From Spirochaetia bacterium (GTDB lineage: Bacteria > Spirochaetota > Spirochaetia > DSM-2461), in the NCBI GenBank assembly GCA_963668315.1, contig OY764216.1, forward strand, positions 4,832,001 through 4,896,000: a stretch of 64,000 bases of DNA, read 5' to 3'. Made by a program: the position numbers and the translations under genes. The notes beneath the pieces are model-generated. The model was not told the DNA's origin. It did no database searches and saw only the letters and a list, made by a program, of their open reading frames with translations. This document shows, one piece after another, positions 10,641-21,437 of the stretch (positions within the stretch are counted from its first letter, which is position 1; the number at the start of each line of letters is the position of its first letter).

Positions 10641-10822
10641 TGAATGTCGAACGGTTGCTAGAAGAAATCAATAAGTCTTTTATGGAAGCCTTCACGTCTA
10701 TACCGGAATATGGAACCATCGGTTTCACCGTTCATCTCAGAGAACAGGAACCGGTACGGATTGAGTGGAGCGGAAGTATTTCACATAAGTTACCTCCTAA
10801 GGGGTTGAGGGAGGAAGCGTAA
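10640..10822 (+). CDS. Small hypothetical protein
   Basis: GGAGG RBS; TAATG coupling to the xis-like gene. Confidence 0.65.
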   Translation: MNVERLLEEINKSFMEAFTSIPEYGTIGFTVHLREQEPVRIEWSGSISHKLPPKGLREEA

Positions 10823-11608
10823 TTGGCAAATCGTAGAATGTTTAGTAAAGCGATTCTAGATAGTGATCTTTTTTTTGATTTACCCTTTCCGACACAATCT
10901 CTCTATATCCAACTTAATATGAATGCAGATGATGATGGTTTCATAGGGTCACCCCAGAAAATTATCCGAATGGTTGGAGCAGACAAAGACGATATAAAAA
11001 AAATAGTAGATTGTGGGCTACTTATGGATTTCGATAATGGAATATATGCCGTTACACATTGGAACGTTCATAACCAAATCCGTAAAGACCGGCTTACCGA
11101 AACGATTTATCAAAGAGAAAAAGCCATGCTCAAAACTAAAAAGGATGGAACGTATACTTGGAAAAGACGACCAAATGACAACCACCCGTCAACCAACTGT
11201 CCTCCGAGTATAGAAAAGGACAGTTTAGGGGAATATAGTGGAAAAAGGACAGTATTAGAAAATTCTAATAAAGAATATATTAATAAAGAAAAGAATATGT
11301 ACTCCTCCGTAGATGTCCCAATAAACAATAGCAATCTATCTGAAATAACAGACCTCATCAAATTATGGAACTCGAAAAAGAATTTACCTCCTCAAAATGA
11401 GGATATATCTGAGGAAGAACTCGACTTATTATGGGACAATTTAGATTCATATTACATAGAAGAAATCAAAATCGCGATCAAGTATTACAGTTTTATGCTC
11501 GAAGACATCGAATCTAAGGGAGAGGAGATCTATGATGACTTAATCGAGTTCATGGAAAAAGGGCTTGAAAAATTCACTAAAGAGGATCTGCCATCTTTAC
11601 CCGATTAG
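10823..11608 (+). CDS. Phage replisome-organizer-like replication initiator
   Basis: N-terminus MANRRMFSKAILDSDLF..LY..LNMNADDDGF..P..I.RM; TTG start after GGAGG. Confidence 0.8.
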   Translation: MANRRMFSKAILDSDLFFDLPFPTQSLYIQLNMNADDDGFIGSPQKIIRMVGADKDDIKKIVDCGLLMDFDNGIYAVTHWNVHNQIRKDRLTETIYQREKAMLKTKKDGTYTWKRRPNDNHPSTNCPPSIEKDSLGEYSGKRTVLENSNKEYINKEKNMYSSVDVPINNSNLSEITDLIKLWNSKKNLPPQNEDISEEELDLLWDNLDSYYIEEIKIAIKYYSFMLEDIESKGEEIYDDLIEFMEKGLEKFTKEDLPSLPD

Positions 11609-11730
11609 GATGTGGGACAATAGCTATTTTGGGACATATGCCCCATGACCTGTACCTCAGGGATAAATGTACTATTACTTAACGGAAAATTATTTTTTAA
11701 TAAATATACTTATATTGAATCCTTCAATTT

Positions 11731-12436
11731 TCAAATCCCCTCAAAGCTCCCCGCTTCCCGTTGCCATCCTGGTGCAGTAGATTTCCAGATTTCGTTCCTT
11801 ACCCTCAGGTCATCCAAGAAATCCTTTTCCAGAGAGGGATTTTTCAGTCCGACTTCGTAGCTGAGCTTGAAGAGACTCCCCATATTCGTCGTTCTAACGC
11901 CGGTCAGACGGGATTTTACCGTATACTGTGCGAAAAGATCATCAAAGGTATCCCGATAGTTCAGATCTTCCGGTATGGTAATAGTGAGCGTTCCCTCCCC
12001 ATCCATCCTGAAGATCTCCCCGAAATTTAGTTTCTCAAGGACAAACAGTCCCCTGATGATGATTCCGGCAAAGATCAGGGCAAAAATGAGATTTCCCGTA
12101 CCGCAGGTTAATCCCAAGGCCATGGAGATGAAGATAGCCATGATTTCACGGCCCGAGTCGGGGACCGAGCGAAAACGCACAAGGGGAGAAGGCTCCCACG
12201 ACGGGAACTCCTGCCCCCAGGGAGCCGTTAACCATCATGAATATGGCGCAGACTACGGGAGGCTGCATGGCTATTGTCAGGGCGAAGGATTTGGTAACGC
12301 TGCTCTTCAATTGAATGATCAGGGAGAAAGCGGTTCCCAGGAGAAGGGCCATGATAAGATTGACCGCATAGGACCCGAAGGATGCCAGGGCTGCCTGATT
12401 CGATTGTGTCAGCATTTCTGTTATTGTATTCATTTT
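11731..12436 (-). pseudogene. DUF4956-family membrane protein, frameshifted
   Basis: VNGSLGAG...GAFS / RFRS.P.S.REI..IF.SMA.G and ITIPEDLNY...TTNMGSLF lie in two frames; apparent second shift near the C-terminus. Confidence 0.75.
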
Positions 12437-12716
12437 GTTTTCCTTTTTTGATTTTTTCAGCAATGGAATCCAAATGAACTTGATACAGAAGCAATAACTC
12501 TATGCGACGTTCACCTTGAGATATTTAACGTTGCGGGGGAATTTTAAAAAAAGGCTCCATAACAGCTCCTTTGTAATTTTATTAATACGAAGATATGAAA
12601 ACATAGAAGATTGGATAGTATTGAACAGTCCTGAACGCTAATGTATACATATGAAACTTAACATTTGTAAAGTAATCGGTTTAATCTTTTTAATTTTTTA
12701 GTCTGAAGTAGATTCA

Positions 12717-12737
12717 TTGTTGCAATCAGCGCAACAA
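12717..12737. promoter_or_regulatory. Perfect inverted repeat, candidate operator
   Basis: TTGTTGC-N7-GCAACAA upstream of the gene run leading to WYL and cas. Confidence 0.4.
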
Positions 12738-12781
12738 AATGGGTTCAACATGGGATATGAGATAATTAAGGAGTGTCCCCT

Positions 12782-13363
12782 ATGAAAAGAATATTGGTTT
12801 TATTCATTCTATCCCTAACGCTGTTATCCGCCCAGGAAGTGACGAGGGATAAGGTTAACCAAATCTATCAAATCCAGGATGACTCGACCCGTCTGGCTTC
12901 TTTTGATCAATGGGCCAAATCCCTTGGTTTGGCAAGGACGAGTATTGAATCCTTAGGAAACTGGTTTGTGGAAGTTGATAGCGATCCTATTGATGATTCC
13001 AAAAAGATTGTTTTTTCCTGTCGTGCTTCGGAAGGAGGGAGTGCATATGATACTCCGACTATAATTATTCGTTGGCAAAATGGTGAATTGGACAGCTACA
13101 TTTATTGGGATGATTATCTGGCGGATAATAGCCAGGTGACATTACGTTTTGATTCTGAAGATGCTTATAAGGAAAGATGGAGTATGAGCACTAATAGCCA
13201 GGCTACTTTTTGTACTAATCCCCAGGCCTTCATCGACAAACTTCTAGTACATGATAGATTAGTTACAAGAATTACTCCTTACAATGAAGGTCCCACTACA
13301 CTTGTCTTTGATATCAGTGGATTAAGGGAAGAAAGCGATGTTTTTCCGGAGTTAGGGTGGTAA
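12782..13363 (+). CDS. Secreted VasI/TagO-like protein
   Basis: Signal peptide; RL..FD, W.V..DPIDDS, W..ST...ATF, TPYNE.P....FDISGL pattern. Confidence 0.6.
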   Translation: MKRILVLFILSLTLLSAQEVTRDKVNQIYQIQDDSTRLASFDQWAKSLGLARTSIESLGNWFVEVDSDPIDDSKKIVFSCRASEGGSAYDTPTIIIRWQNGELDSYIYWDDYLADNSQVTLRFDSEDAYKERWSMSTNSQATFCTNPQAFIDKLLVHDRLVTRITPYNEGPTTLVFDISGLREESDVFPELGW

Positions 13364-13366
13364 ACG

Positions 13367-13678
13367 ATGTGCCTCTCATGTGAGTGGTTTGATCAGGCTG
13401 ATGAACGGAAAAAGCAATGGGATAGAGAAGGGCTTTCGCTGGACGAAGCGGAGGAGTTGCTAAGTTACTATCATACGACCATATTTCCTGTTGCCTGTGA
13501 GGCTGCTGAATACATAGAAAAGAACTGGACTAGAGATCTGATCGAAAAACTAGACAATGAAAGACAATTGGCATTTCAGGAAATTAAGACAAAACATATT
13601 GATCGTGATTCTCTAGAGGATGAGAATTGGCAATCTGATACCTTAATTATTAAAATACAACTACTTACTGACAAATGA
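13367..13678 (+). CDS. Hypothetical protein
   Basis: 103-aa ORF with N-terminal CxxC, closely spaced in the run. Confidence 0.55.
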   Translation: MCLSCEWFDQADERKKQWDREGLSLDEAEELLSYYHTTIFPVACEAAEYIEKNWTRDLIEKLDNERQLAFQEIKTKHIDRDSLEDENWQSDTLIIKIQLLTDK

Positions 13679-13715
13679 ACGAAACGGTTGTAAAATAGTG
13701 AAATAAGGAAAGAAT

Positions 13716-14660
13716 GTGAATAAGCCCGATCGAATTGAGCGGATGAAAAAGATAGAAGAAATCCTCCTGGAAAATAATAAGGGATGGAGTCGTTCAGAAT
13801 TAGCGCGACGGTTTGGAGTTGACCGCTCTACTCTCAAAAGGGATATTGACTATATATTTGAAAAAGATCTATTCCCGATCCGGATAGATGATAACAAAAT
13901 ATATTTGGAAAGCGATTCCTATGTCAGCAATATCCAGATGAACATGCACGAGATGCTGGCTCTTCATCTGGCGACTAGACTGTTGGTAAAAAAGAGCAGT
14001 TTCGCGTCACGTCATTATGCATCGCTCTTAAGAAAAATATCACAATCCTATGCCAATCACTCAGGATTGATCAGCCGGTATATGGCCGATACGGCGGACG
14101 GACTTGATGAACAGGAACAGACTAGGGAACAGCATCGTCGAAACGATAGGTTGGAAGTAATGAATCAAGCATGGACCCAACAGAAGAAGGTGAAGATCTA
14201 TTATCACAGTAAAATAGGGCGTAAGAGCTATGTCCTGGGGATCTATTGCTTTGAACCTTATTCAGAGGGACTTTCTTTACATGTAGTAGGGCTGTGCAAC
14301 GAGGAGGATCATACTCGTAATTTTAAATTCGAGCGGATTGAGTCGGTGAAGATATTGAATGAGAGGTATGAGATCCCAGATAAATTCCGACCCCATGAAT
14401 ACTTTAGGGATGCTTGGGGAATTTGGACCACAGGTAAGGAGCCTGTAACTGTAAAGCTTAAGTTTGATAAGTCTGTAGCGGGACGAGTGAAAGAGAATCG
14501 GTGGCATGTTTCGGATTCGATTGAGATGCAGGTTGATGGTTCCTTGATCTGGACGGCGAGAGTGGCAGAGCCGACTGAGATGTTGCCTTGGATTCGGGGT
14601 TGGGGGGACCAGGTTGAGGTTTTGAAACCCATGGGGCTCCTGAATTATGGGGGGGATTGA
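13716..14660 (+). CDS. HTH-WYL-WCX transcriptional regulator
   Basis: ELARRFGVDRSTLKRDI HTH; RNFKFERI; WIRGWGDQVEVLKP. Confidence 0.92.
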   Translation: MNKPDRIERMKKIEEILLENNKGWSRSELARRFGVDRSTLKRDIDYIFEKDLFPIRIDDNKIYLESDSYVSNIQMNMHEMLALHLATRLLVKKSSFASRHYASLLRKISQSYANHSGLISRYMADTADGLDEQEQTREQHRRNDRLEVMNQAWTQQKKVKIYYHSKIGRKSYVLGIYCFEPYSEGLSLHVVGLCNEEDHTRNFKFERIESVKILNERYEIPDKFRPHEYFRDAWGIWTTGKEPVTVKLKFDKSVAGRVKENRWHVSDSIEMQVDGSLIWTARVAEPTEMLPWIRGWGDQVEVLKPMGLLNYGGD

Positions 14661-16895
14661 ATGGGAAAGTATATTGCTCATGTTAAGGAAAGCGATGGGG
14701 AGTGGAGCGTTCAGTCTCTGCGGGATCATCTTAAAAATGTCGCTGAAATAGCTTCCGATTTTGCCAAGTCCTTCTCTAATGACGACTGGGTGCGAGCCGC
14801 CGGAATCCTTCACGACATTGGTAAGAGCAGTAAGGAGTGGCAGGAATACATTTCCAATAGGAGCGGTTATTCGGATGCTCCCGTTACGGAAACCTCTTTT
14901 GGTAAAGTAACCCACTCTACTCATGGCGCGGCATGGGCATTCAAGGAATGGCCTGACATTGGAAAAGTAATAGCCTATCTGATTGCCGGACATCACGGCG
15001 GGCTACCCGATTGGTTCCATGAAATGAGAGTGGGTGGAGGCTTGGAACATCGGCTAAAGAAAGAGGAGATCGATAAACTTCCTGAAGTAGCTGAGGATAT
15101 TACCGATTATGTGAATCATCACTTGAAAAAACCTAATAGCCTTCCCTGCGATAGTCAACTTGAATCAGAGCAGATTCATCTTTGGATCAGAATGCTTTAC
15201 TCCTGTTTGGTTGACGCCGATTTTCTTGATACGGAAGAGTTTATGAATCCTGAAAACGGAAGTCTAAGAAACGGATATCTTTCAATAAATGAACTGAAAA
15301 GCCAGTTCGATGCCTATATGGATTCTCTCAAAAAAGATTCAAGATTATCCCAGGTAAATAACATTAGAGAGGAGATTTTGAGTCAGTGTAGAAAGACCGC
15401 AGAAGAGACTCCCGGCTTGTTTTCCCTAACCGTACCAACCGGAGGAGGAAAAACACTCTCCTCCATGGCATTCGCCCTTGACCATGCGTTGAAACACCGG
15501 AAAGACCGTATCATTATGGTTATCCCCTACACCAGCATCATCGAACAGACGGCAGAGGTGTATAAAAGAATATTCGGAATAGAGAATGTTCTCGAACACC
15601 ACTCCTCTTTGGATCCTTCTGAGGAAACACAAAGAAGCCGCTTGGCCTCTGAAAACTGGGATGCCCCCATCATCGTCACAACAAGCGTACGTTTCTTTGA
15701 ATCCCTTTTTGCAGCTAAACCATCGTCTTGCAGAAGACTTCACAACATCGTGAACAGCGTAGTAATTCTTGATGAGGCTCAAATGCTTCCTACTAATTAT
15801 CTGAAACCCATTCTTTACAGTATCAAAGGATTGATTTCACTTTTTAAGGTGACCATGGTCTTATGTACGGCAACTCAGCCAGCCATTAGGGACAAGATAT
15901 TTACAAAGGGCAATGGCGAACACTATTCTCTGTTGGATGATATACCCTGTCGGGAGATGATGGTAAAGCCGACGCCCCTGGAGCTGACAAGTAAACTGCA
16001 GCGTGTCACGATCGAAACCTTGGAAAAGCCAATCTCTGATTGGTACGAGGTGGCAGAAAAACTTACCTGTTTTCACTCAGTACTATGCGTCGTTAATACC
16101 AGGAAAGATTGCCGCGAACTTTTTGAACTCATGCCTGAAGGGACGCTACATCTCTCGGCCAATATGTGCGGAGAACACAGAAGCGAAACGATTGATCTGA
16201 TCAAGCAACGATTGGAAAGGAATGAGTCGGTGCGAGTTATCAGCACACAGCTGGTAGAGGCGGGAGTCGATTTTGATTTTCCCGTGGTATTTCGCGCCAT
16301 GGCGGGTTTTGATTCCATAGCCCAGGCGGCCGGACGTTGCAACAGAGAAGGATTGTTACCGGAGAAGGGCAAGGTTTTTGTATTTGAACCGCCAAATCAA
16401 CCGCCCGCAGGCAGTTTGCGTAAGGGTGCTCAAACGGGTCGGGAAATTTTATCGGTGGATTCGGAAGGATGTCGCGATCTATTGCCGGATACAGTGAAAC
16501 GGTACTTTCAGCTCTATTACTCGGGACTTCTGACCTTTGATTCCAAAGAAATTGTTGATCTTTTATCATCCAATGTCCATCCCGATTTAAACATCCAGTT
16601 TAGAACGGCGGCAGAAAGGTTCCGGATGATTGATGATCAGTATCAGCAATCGGTTGTTATCTGGTATGAAGGAGAGAAAGCCAACAGTTTTGACTTAATT
16701 GATGAACTTAGAAGATTTGGTCCTAAAAGGGAAATAATGCGAAAACTGCAACGTTTCACCATTACTATTCCTAAGTATGTGTTTGAAGAAATTCAAGATT
16801 CATTTGAATCGATTCACGATATCTGGTGTCAATATACAGATTCTGCTTATGACGAGGTCCTGGGCTTTGTTGATAATACATCATCCGTGTTATGA
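14661..16895 (+). CDS. cas3: Cas3 HD nuclease-helicase
   Basis: HDIGK, LVDADFLDT, PTGGGKT, DEAQ, TATQP, QAAGRCNR. Confidence 0.97.
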   Translation: MGKYIAHVKESDGEWSVQSLRDHLKNVAEIASDFAKSFSNDDWVRAAGILHDIGKSSKEWQEYISNRSGYSDAPVTETSFGKVTHSTHGAAWAFKEWPDIGKVIAYLIAGHHGGLPDWFHEMRVGGGLEHRLKKEEIDKLPEVAEDITDYVNHHLKKPNSLPCDSQLESEQIHLWIRMLYSCLVDADFLDTEEFMNPENGSLRNGYLSINELKSQFDAYMDSLKKDSRLSQVNNIREEILSQCRKTAEETPGLFSLTVPTGGGKTLSSMAFALDHALKHRKDRIIMVIPYTSIIEQTAEVYKRIFGIENVLEHHSSLDPSEETQRSRLASENWDAPIIVTTSVRFFESLFAAKPSSCRRLHNIVNSVVILDEAQMLPTNYLKPILYSIKGLISLFKVTMVLCTATQPAIRDKIFTKGNGEHYSLLDDIPCREMMVKPTPLELTSKLQRVTIETLEKPISDWYEVAEKLTCFHSVLCVVNTRKDCRELFELMPEGTLHLSANMCGEHRSETIDLIKQRLERNESVRVISTQLVEAGVDFDFPVVFRAMAGFDSIAQAAGRCNREGLLPEKGKVFVFEPPNQPPAGSLRKGAQTGREILSVDSEGCRDLLPDTVKRYFQLYYSGLLTFDSKEIVDLLSSNVHPDLNIQFRTAAERFRMIDDQYQQSVVIWYEGEKANSFDLIDELRRFGPKREIMRKLQRFTITIPKYVFEEIQDSFESIHDIWCQYTDSAYDEVLGFVDNTSSVL

Positions 16896-17569
16896 AAGGA
16901 GGAGAAGTGGATAATAAGAACAAGCTATTCTGTCTGGAAGTATGGGGCGATTTTGCCTGCTTTACCCGTCCTGAGATGAAGGTGGAAAGGGTGAGTTACG
17001 ATGTGATCACCCCTTCCGCCGCCCGAGCCATATTCGAAGCAATCTTCTGGAAACCGGCCATACGCTGGCATGTCAGAAAAATTGAGATACTCTCTCCCAT
17101 AAAGACTATTTCGATCCGGAGAAATGAAGTAGGTACAACAGCGGGAACTGGACGAAAGAAAGAAATCTTTGTGGAGGAACACCGTCAGCAAAAGGCGGGA
17201 ATATTACTACGAGATGTGCGATACAGAATTTACAGTAGGATGGAGTTTCTTAACACCAATCCGGGGAATGGGGATGAAAGTCCCGGCAAATATCTGGCCA
17301 TGTTCGAGCGCAGGGCAAAAAAAGGTCAGTGCTTCAATCAGCCCTATTTAGGATGTCGCGAATTTTCTGCCGGATTCGAGTTCATAGAAGATCATGATTC
17401 GTATAAGCCGGGTTTTGCTCCCATTGATGACTCCCGTGATTTAGGCTTCATGCTTTATGACATGGATTTTACAGATAGTGAAGATATCAAACCGACATTT
17501 TATCGCCCAACTCTGGAGCGAGGCATTATTAAGGTGCCCTCTTGGGATAGCGAGGAGGTACGCCAATGA
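16892..17569 (+). CDS. cas5c: Cas5c (type I-C)
   Basis: ACFTRPEMKVERVSYDVITPSAAR, PYLGCREF. Confidence 0.97.
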   Translation: MKGGEVDNKNKLFCLEVWGDFACFTRPEMKVERVSYDVITPSAARAIFEAIFWKPAIRWHVRKIEILSPIKTISIRRNEVGTTAGTGRKKEIFVEEHRQQKAGILLRDVRYRIYSRMEFLNTNPGNGDESPGKYLAMFERRAKKGQCFNQPYLGCREFSAGFEFIEDHDSYKPGFAPIDDSRDLGFMLYDMDFTDSEDIKPTFYRPTLERGIIKVPSWDSEEVRQ

Positions 17570-19503
17570 TATTGCATTCTTTAGTTGAGTATTACGATAG
17601 GAAGGCGGAGCTTGGTGAGATTGCGCCCCTGGGATTTGAAGAGAAACTTATTCCTTTCATCATTAAGATTGATAGGGAGGGAAAGTTTAAGGATCTTATT
17701 GATACACGAGGGCTTGTTGGGAAAAAGCTTGTTGCAAAACCATTTTTAGTTCCCAATGCTTTATCTAGATCGGGATCAAATTCCTGGATGACAACTTTCT
17801 TGTTATGGGATCACACAGGGTTCATTTTAGGTCATGCAAAAGGAGATAGCCCCAAGGATAGAAAAAAAAGACATGATCTTTTTTTGACTCTATCCGAAGC
17901 AGAAAGCTTTGGGGAGATATCAAGCAGCCAACTCCTTGAAAAACTTTCACCAACTGCGATCGATAAGATTTTAACAACCATTAATCAGTCTGAATCAAAA
18001 ATCGGAAAAGACCTTATAAGAAACCTTACAGCACTACGCAAAGCTGTTACTGATGGAGATAAGCAGTTGGGAACTTTTATCGCCTCTTTGGATAAACTCC
18101 CCAAACCACTACAAGAGAAATCTGAAATCAGAGCTATAAAGAGATTCTATGAATCAGGAGAACATCTGAAAGTATTCCAACATGAACGATGGGCTGATTG
18201 TGCCGGAATTGCAAATGCCAATCTTACCTTTCAACTCGAAGGAGAAACGGAGATAGTGGCAAGAGATCCGGATATCGTTATTTACCAGAAGGAATTGTCT
18301 TCAATGCCCGAAACGGAGGATGAGACTCCTTCGCTCTGTCTGATTACAGGAGAAAAAGATTATATTGAGAGGATTCACAACTCGACACCTATCCGAGGAG
18401 GTCAAGCCACGGGAAAACTCGTCGGTTTTCAGACGAATTCCGGCTTTGATTCCTATGGCAGGGAGCAATCCTTTAATGCACCGATTGGAAAAATAGCTCA
18501 ATTCGCCTATTCCACCGCACTAAACACTCTTATTAAAAGCCCTAAGAATCATGTCAATATTGGAGACACGACCATTATCTTTTGGTCTGAAAAGGGCCAC
18601 TCCCTTGAAGAAGACATCCCTTTCATTCTCTCAAAATCCAAAGATGAACCAGATCGGAACGTACAAGCGGTTAAGCAGTTGTATGAGAGTATTTCCTCAG
18701 GAAAGTTTAGCACAGAAAACCAACAACGGTTTTATGTCTTAGGATTGGCTCCCAATGCCGCCCGGGTAAGCGTCAGATATTGGATAACAGGAACGGTTGA
18801 TAAGTTTGCCTACCATATCAAGCAACACTACGATGATTTGGAGATTGTCCGGGGAAAAGAGGACAGAGAATTCTTTGCGCTCAACACACTGTTGTCTCAT
18901 ACGGTACTGGACTACAAACTGGATAATATTGCTCCCAACTTAGCCGGACAGGTGACGGAAGCGATTATGAGAAATATCCCCTATCCCAAATCTCTTCAAC
19001 ACTCGACAATCCGCCGTATCAGAGCAGAGCAACATATAACCAGAGTGCGCGCCGCTATCTTGAAAGCATGCATCAATCGATTTAACAGATTTTACAATAA
19101 AACAGAGGAGGATATATCAGTGGCATTGGATGTTAACAACACGAATCCAGCCTATCGCCTGGGAAGGTTGTTCGCCGTTTTGGAAAATCTTCAAAGCAGA
19201 GCCTTGAATGTAGAAACGATACGCGAAAGGTACTATGGAGCTTTTTCCAGTACTCCGGTAACGGTGTTTCCCCAATTGATGAAATTGAGGAACCACCATT
19301 TGGCAAAGCTCGAAGGATGGCAGAAATACTACTTTGAGAAGCTAATCGGCGAGATTCTGGATGGTCTTGACGGAAGCGGCGATATACCCCGCCAGCTTAA
19401 TTTGGACGAGCAGGGACGATTTGCCATAGGCTATTATCACCAGCGACAGGATATCTTCAAATCAAAGGATAAAGAATCAGATAAGGAGGTAAAGAATGAT
19501 TAA
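17566..19503 (+). CDS. cas8c: Cas8c/Csd1 large subunit
   Basis: [46 protein letters not shown]. Confidence 0.95.
   Translation: MILHSLVEYYDRKAELGEIAPLGFEEKLIPFIIKIDREGKFKDLIDTRGLVGKKLVAKPFLVPNALSRSGSNSWMTTFLLWDHTGFILGHAKGDSPKDRKKRHDLFLTLSEAESFGEISSSQLLEKLSPTAIDKILTTINQSESKIGKDLIRNLTALRKAVTDGDKQLGTFIASLDKLPKPLQEKSEIRAIKRFYESGEHLKVFQHERWADCAGIANANLTFQLEGETEIVARDPDIVIYQKELSSMPETEDETPSLCLITGEKDYIERIHNSTPIRGGQATGKLVGFQTNSGFDSYGREQSFNAPIGKIAQFAYSTALNTLIKSPKNHVNIGDTTIIFWSEKGHSLEEDIPFILSKSKDEPDRNVQAVKQLYESISSGKFSTENQQRFYVLGLAPNAARVSVRYWITGTVDKFAYHIKQHYDDLEIVRGKEDREFFALNTLLSHTVLDYKLDNIAPNLAGQVTEAIMRNIPYPKSLQHSTIRRIRAEQHITRVRAAILKACINRFNRFYNKTEEDISVALDVNNTNPAYRLGRLFAVLENLQSRALNVETIRERYYGAFSSTPVTVFPQLMKLRNHHLAKLEGWQKYYFEKLIGEILDGLDGSGDIPRQLNLDEQGRFAIGYYHQRQDIFKSKDKESDKEVKND
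19120..19503 (+). CDS. cas11c: Cas11c small subunit from an internal in-frame start in cas8c (127 aa)
   Basis: GAGGAGG at 19105-19111, then in-frame GTG giving [19 protein letters not shown]. Confidence 0.8.
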   Translation: MALDVNNTNPAYRLGRLFAVLENLQSRALNVETIRERYYGAFSSTPVTVFPQLMKLRNHHLAKLEGWQKYYFEKLIGEILDGLDGSGDIPRQLNLDEQGRFAIGYYHQRQDIFKSKDKESDKEVKND

Positions 19504-20404
19504 GAATAGGTACGATTTTATTATGTTTTTTGATGTTCAGGACGGCAATCCCAACGGTGATCCGGATGCGGGCAACTTGCCCCGCATTGATGCGGAAACC
19601 GGAAAAGGGCTGGTCACAGACGTATGCCTGAAACGAAAAGTAAGAAACTATGTCCAGCTATCCAAAGCTGAATCTCAAGGTTACCGCATTTTCGTAAAGG
19701 AAAAAGCGATTCTGAATGATCTCATTGAGAAAAAATACGATGAAATCGGTATAGATTTAAGCGCAACCCCTAAAAACTCTGAAGACGGGAAAAAGAGGAA
19801 TAAGGACGGCAAGGCCCAGGGAGGTGAAGTGGAACAAGGAAGACAAGCCATGTGTTCCGACTTCTTTGACATTCGTGCGTTTGGTGCTGTTATGAGTACC
19901 GGACCCAATGCTGGTCAAGTTCGCGGTCCCATACAGATAACCTTTGGCCGTTCCGTTGATCCTATTGTCACTCTTGAGCACAGCATTACCCGTATGGCCG
20001 TTGCCACAAAGGAGGAGGCGGAAAAACAGAGCGGAGACAATCGCACCATGGGGAGGAAATTCACCGTGCCCTATGGCTTGTATAGAGCCCATGGATTTAT
20101 CTCAGCCAATCTAGCGGAGCAGACAGGATTTTCCGATGACGATTTGAATCTCTTCTGGGAAGCCCTTCAGGGAATGTTTGATCATGATCATTCGGCAGCG
20201 CGCGGCTTGATGGCTATGCGAAAAGTCATAATATTCAAACATGATTCTCCCCTGGGTAACGCATCGGCCCATAAACTCTTCGAATTGATCCCCAATCCTG
20301 ATCTTATAGATGAGAAGATGCCGCCTAGAGCCTTTTCTGATTATGAGGAGATAACCATACCCGGTTCATTACCGGAAAATGTAACGATGACAGTTCTTGA
20401 ATAA
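19496..20404 (+). CDS. cas7c: Cas7/Csd2
   Basis: [31 protein letters not shown]. Confidence 0.97.
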   Translation: MIKNRYDFIMFFDVQDGNPNGDPDAGNLPRIDAETGKGLVTDVCLKRKVRNYVQLSKAESQGYRIFVKEKAILNDLIEKKYDEIGIDLSATPKNSEDGKKRNKDGKAQGGEVEQGRQAMCSDFFDIRAFGAVMSTGPNAGQVRGPIQITFGRSVDPIVTLEHSITRMAVATKEEAEKQSGDNRTMGRKFTVPYGLYRAHGFISANLAEQTGFSDDDLNLFWEALQGMFDHDHSAARGLMAMRKVIIFKHDSPLGNASAHKLFELIPNPDLIDEKMPPRAFSDYEEITIPGSLPENVTMTVLE

Positions 20405-20420
20405 AGCGAAAGGAACTCCT

Positions 20421-20795
20421 ATGTCCGATCAAATAGCTATATTTCAAGGAAAGCAAATCAGAAAAATCATCTACCAGAACGAATGGTGGTTTTCAGTTTT
20501 CGATATAAGCGCCATTCTTACAGAAAGTAAGAATCCCTGGGCTTATTGGAGAAAATTGAAACAAATACTCATTGCTAAAGGTAGTGAACCGGTGACAATT
20601 TGTCACCGGTTGAAATTGCTTGCATCGGATGAGAAGCAAAAAACAATAGACTATGCCAATATGGAGGGAACATTTCGTATCATCCAACCAATATCCTTAC
20701 CAAAGGCCAAACCGTTTAAGCGACGGCTGGCCAAGGTAAGGTATGATTGGATCAAAGAAATCCCTAAAGAAGTACAAAGAAAGCAACTGGAGTGA
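20421..20795 (+). CDS. Bro-N domain protein, apparently truncated, inside the cas operon
   Basis: IRK..NEWWFSVFDI..LT..YWRKLKQ..LKL.A.D.K...D.A..E..FRIIQ.I..PKA.PFK; AAGGA RBS. Confidence 0.7.
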   Translation: MSDQIAIFQGKQIRKIIYQNEWWFSVFDISAILTESKNPWAYWRKLKQILIAKGSEPVTICHRLKLLASDEKQKTIDYANMEGTFRIIQPISLPKAKPFKRRLAKVRYDWIKEIPKEVQRKQLE

Positions 20796-20798
20796 AAT

Positions 20799-21437
20799 AT
20801 GCCCTATTCAGAATCAGACTGCTACATGTTATCAGCATTACAACATTATGCTTTCTGTCCCAGACAGTGCGCTTTAATCCATAAAGAGCAAATTTGGACT
20901 GACAATTACCTTACGACTAAGGGTGATCTATTTCACGAACGGGTTGATTTCTATAAAAGAGAATCCAGAAAGGATTTTCACAGAGAATTCTCTCTTCCTA
21001 TCCGATCTTTGATTTTAGGACTTTCTGGCAGAACCGATATTGTAGAGATCTACTATCTGAATGGAAAAATCAGACAGGTGATACCTATAGAGTATAAATC
21101 GGGAAAGAAAAAAATTGACACCCTTGATGAAGTGCAACTATGCGCCCAGGCAATTTGTCTGGAAGAGATGATGAAAGTGAAGATTGCTAATGGATATCTC
21201 TATTATGGGAAAGATAAGAGAAGACATGAAGTACAACTTACTGCTGAACTTAGGGATGAAACGTCCGATCTGGCAAGTCAGCTTCATAGCATGATGTCCC
21301 GGGATTCATTACCTTCTCCTGTATTTGATAAAAGGTGCAAAGCCTGTTCTCTCTACGACTACTGTCAACCGGAAATTATTGCAAAAAGATCAATAAGCAG
21401 GTATATGAAAAAAGCTTTGACCGATGAGGATATATGA
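20799..21437 (+). CDS. cas4: Cas4
   Basis: SALQHYAFCPRQ, DIVE, PIEYK, QLCAQ, CKACSL..C. Confidence 0.97.
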   Translation: MPYSESDCYMLSALQHYAFCPRQCALIHKEQIWTDNYLTTKGDLFHERVDFYKRESRKDFHREFSLPIRSLILGLSGRTDIVEIYYLNGKIRQVIPIEYKSGKKKIDTLDEVQLCAQAICLEEMMKVKIANGYLYYGKDKRRHEVQLTAELRDETSDLASQLHSMMSRDSLPSPVFDKRCKACSLYDYCQPEIIAKRSISRYMKKALTDEDI

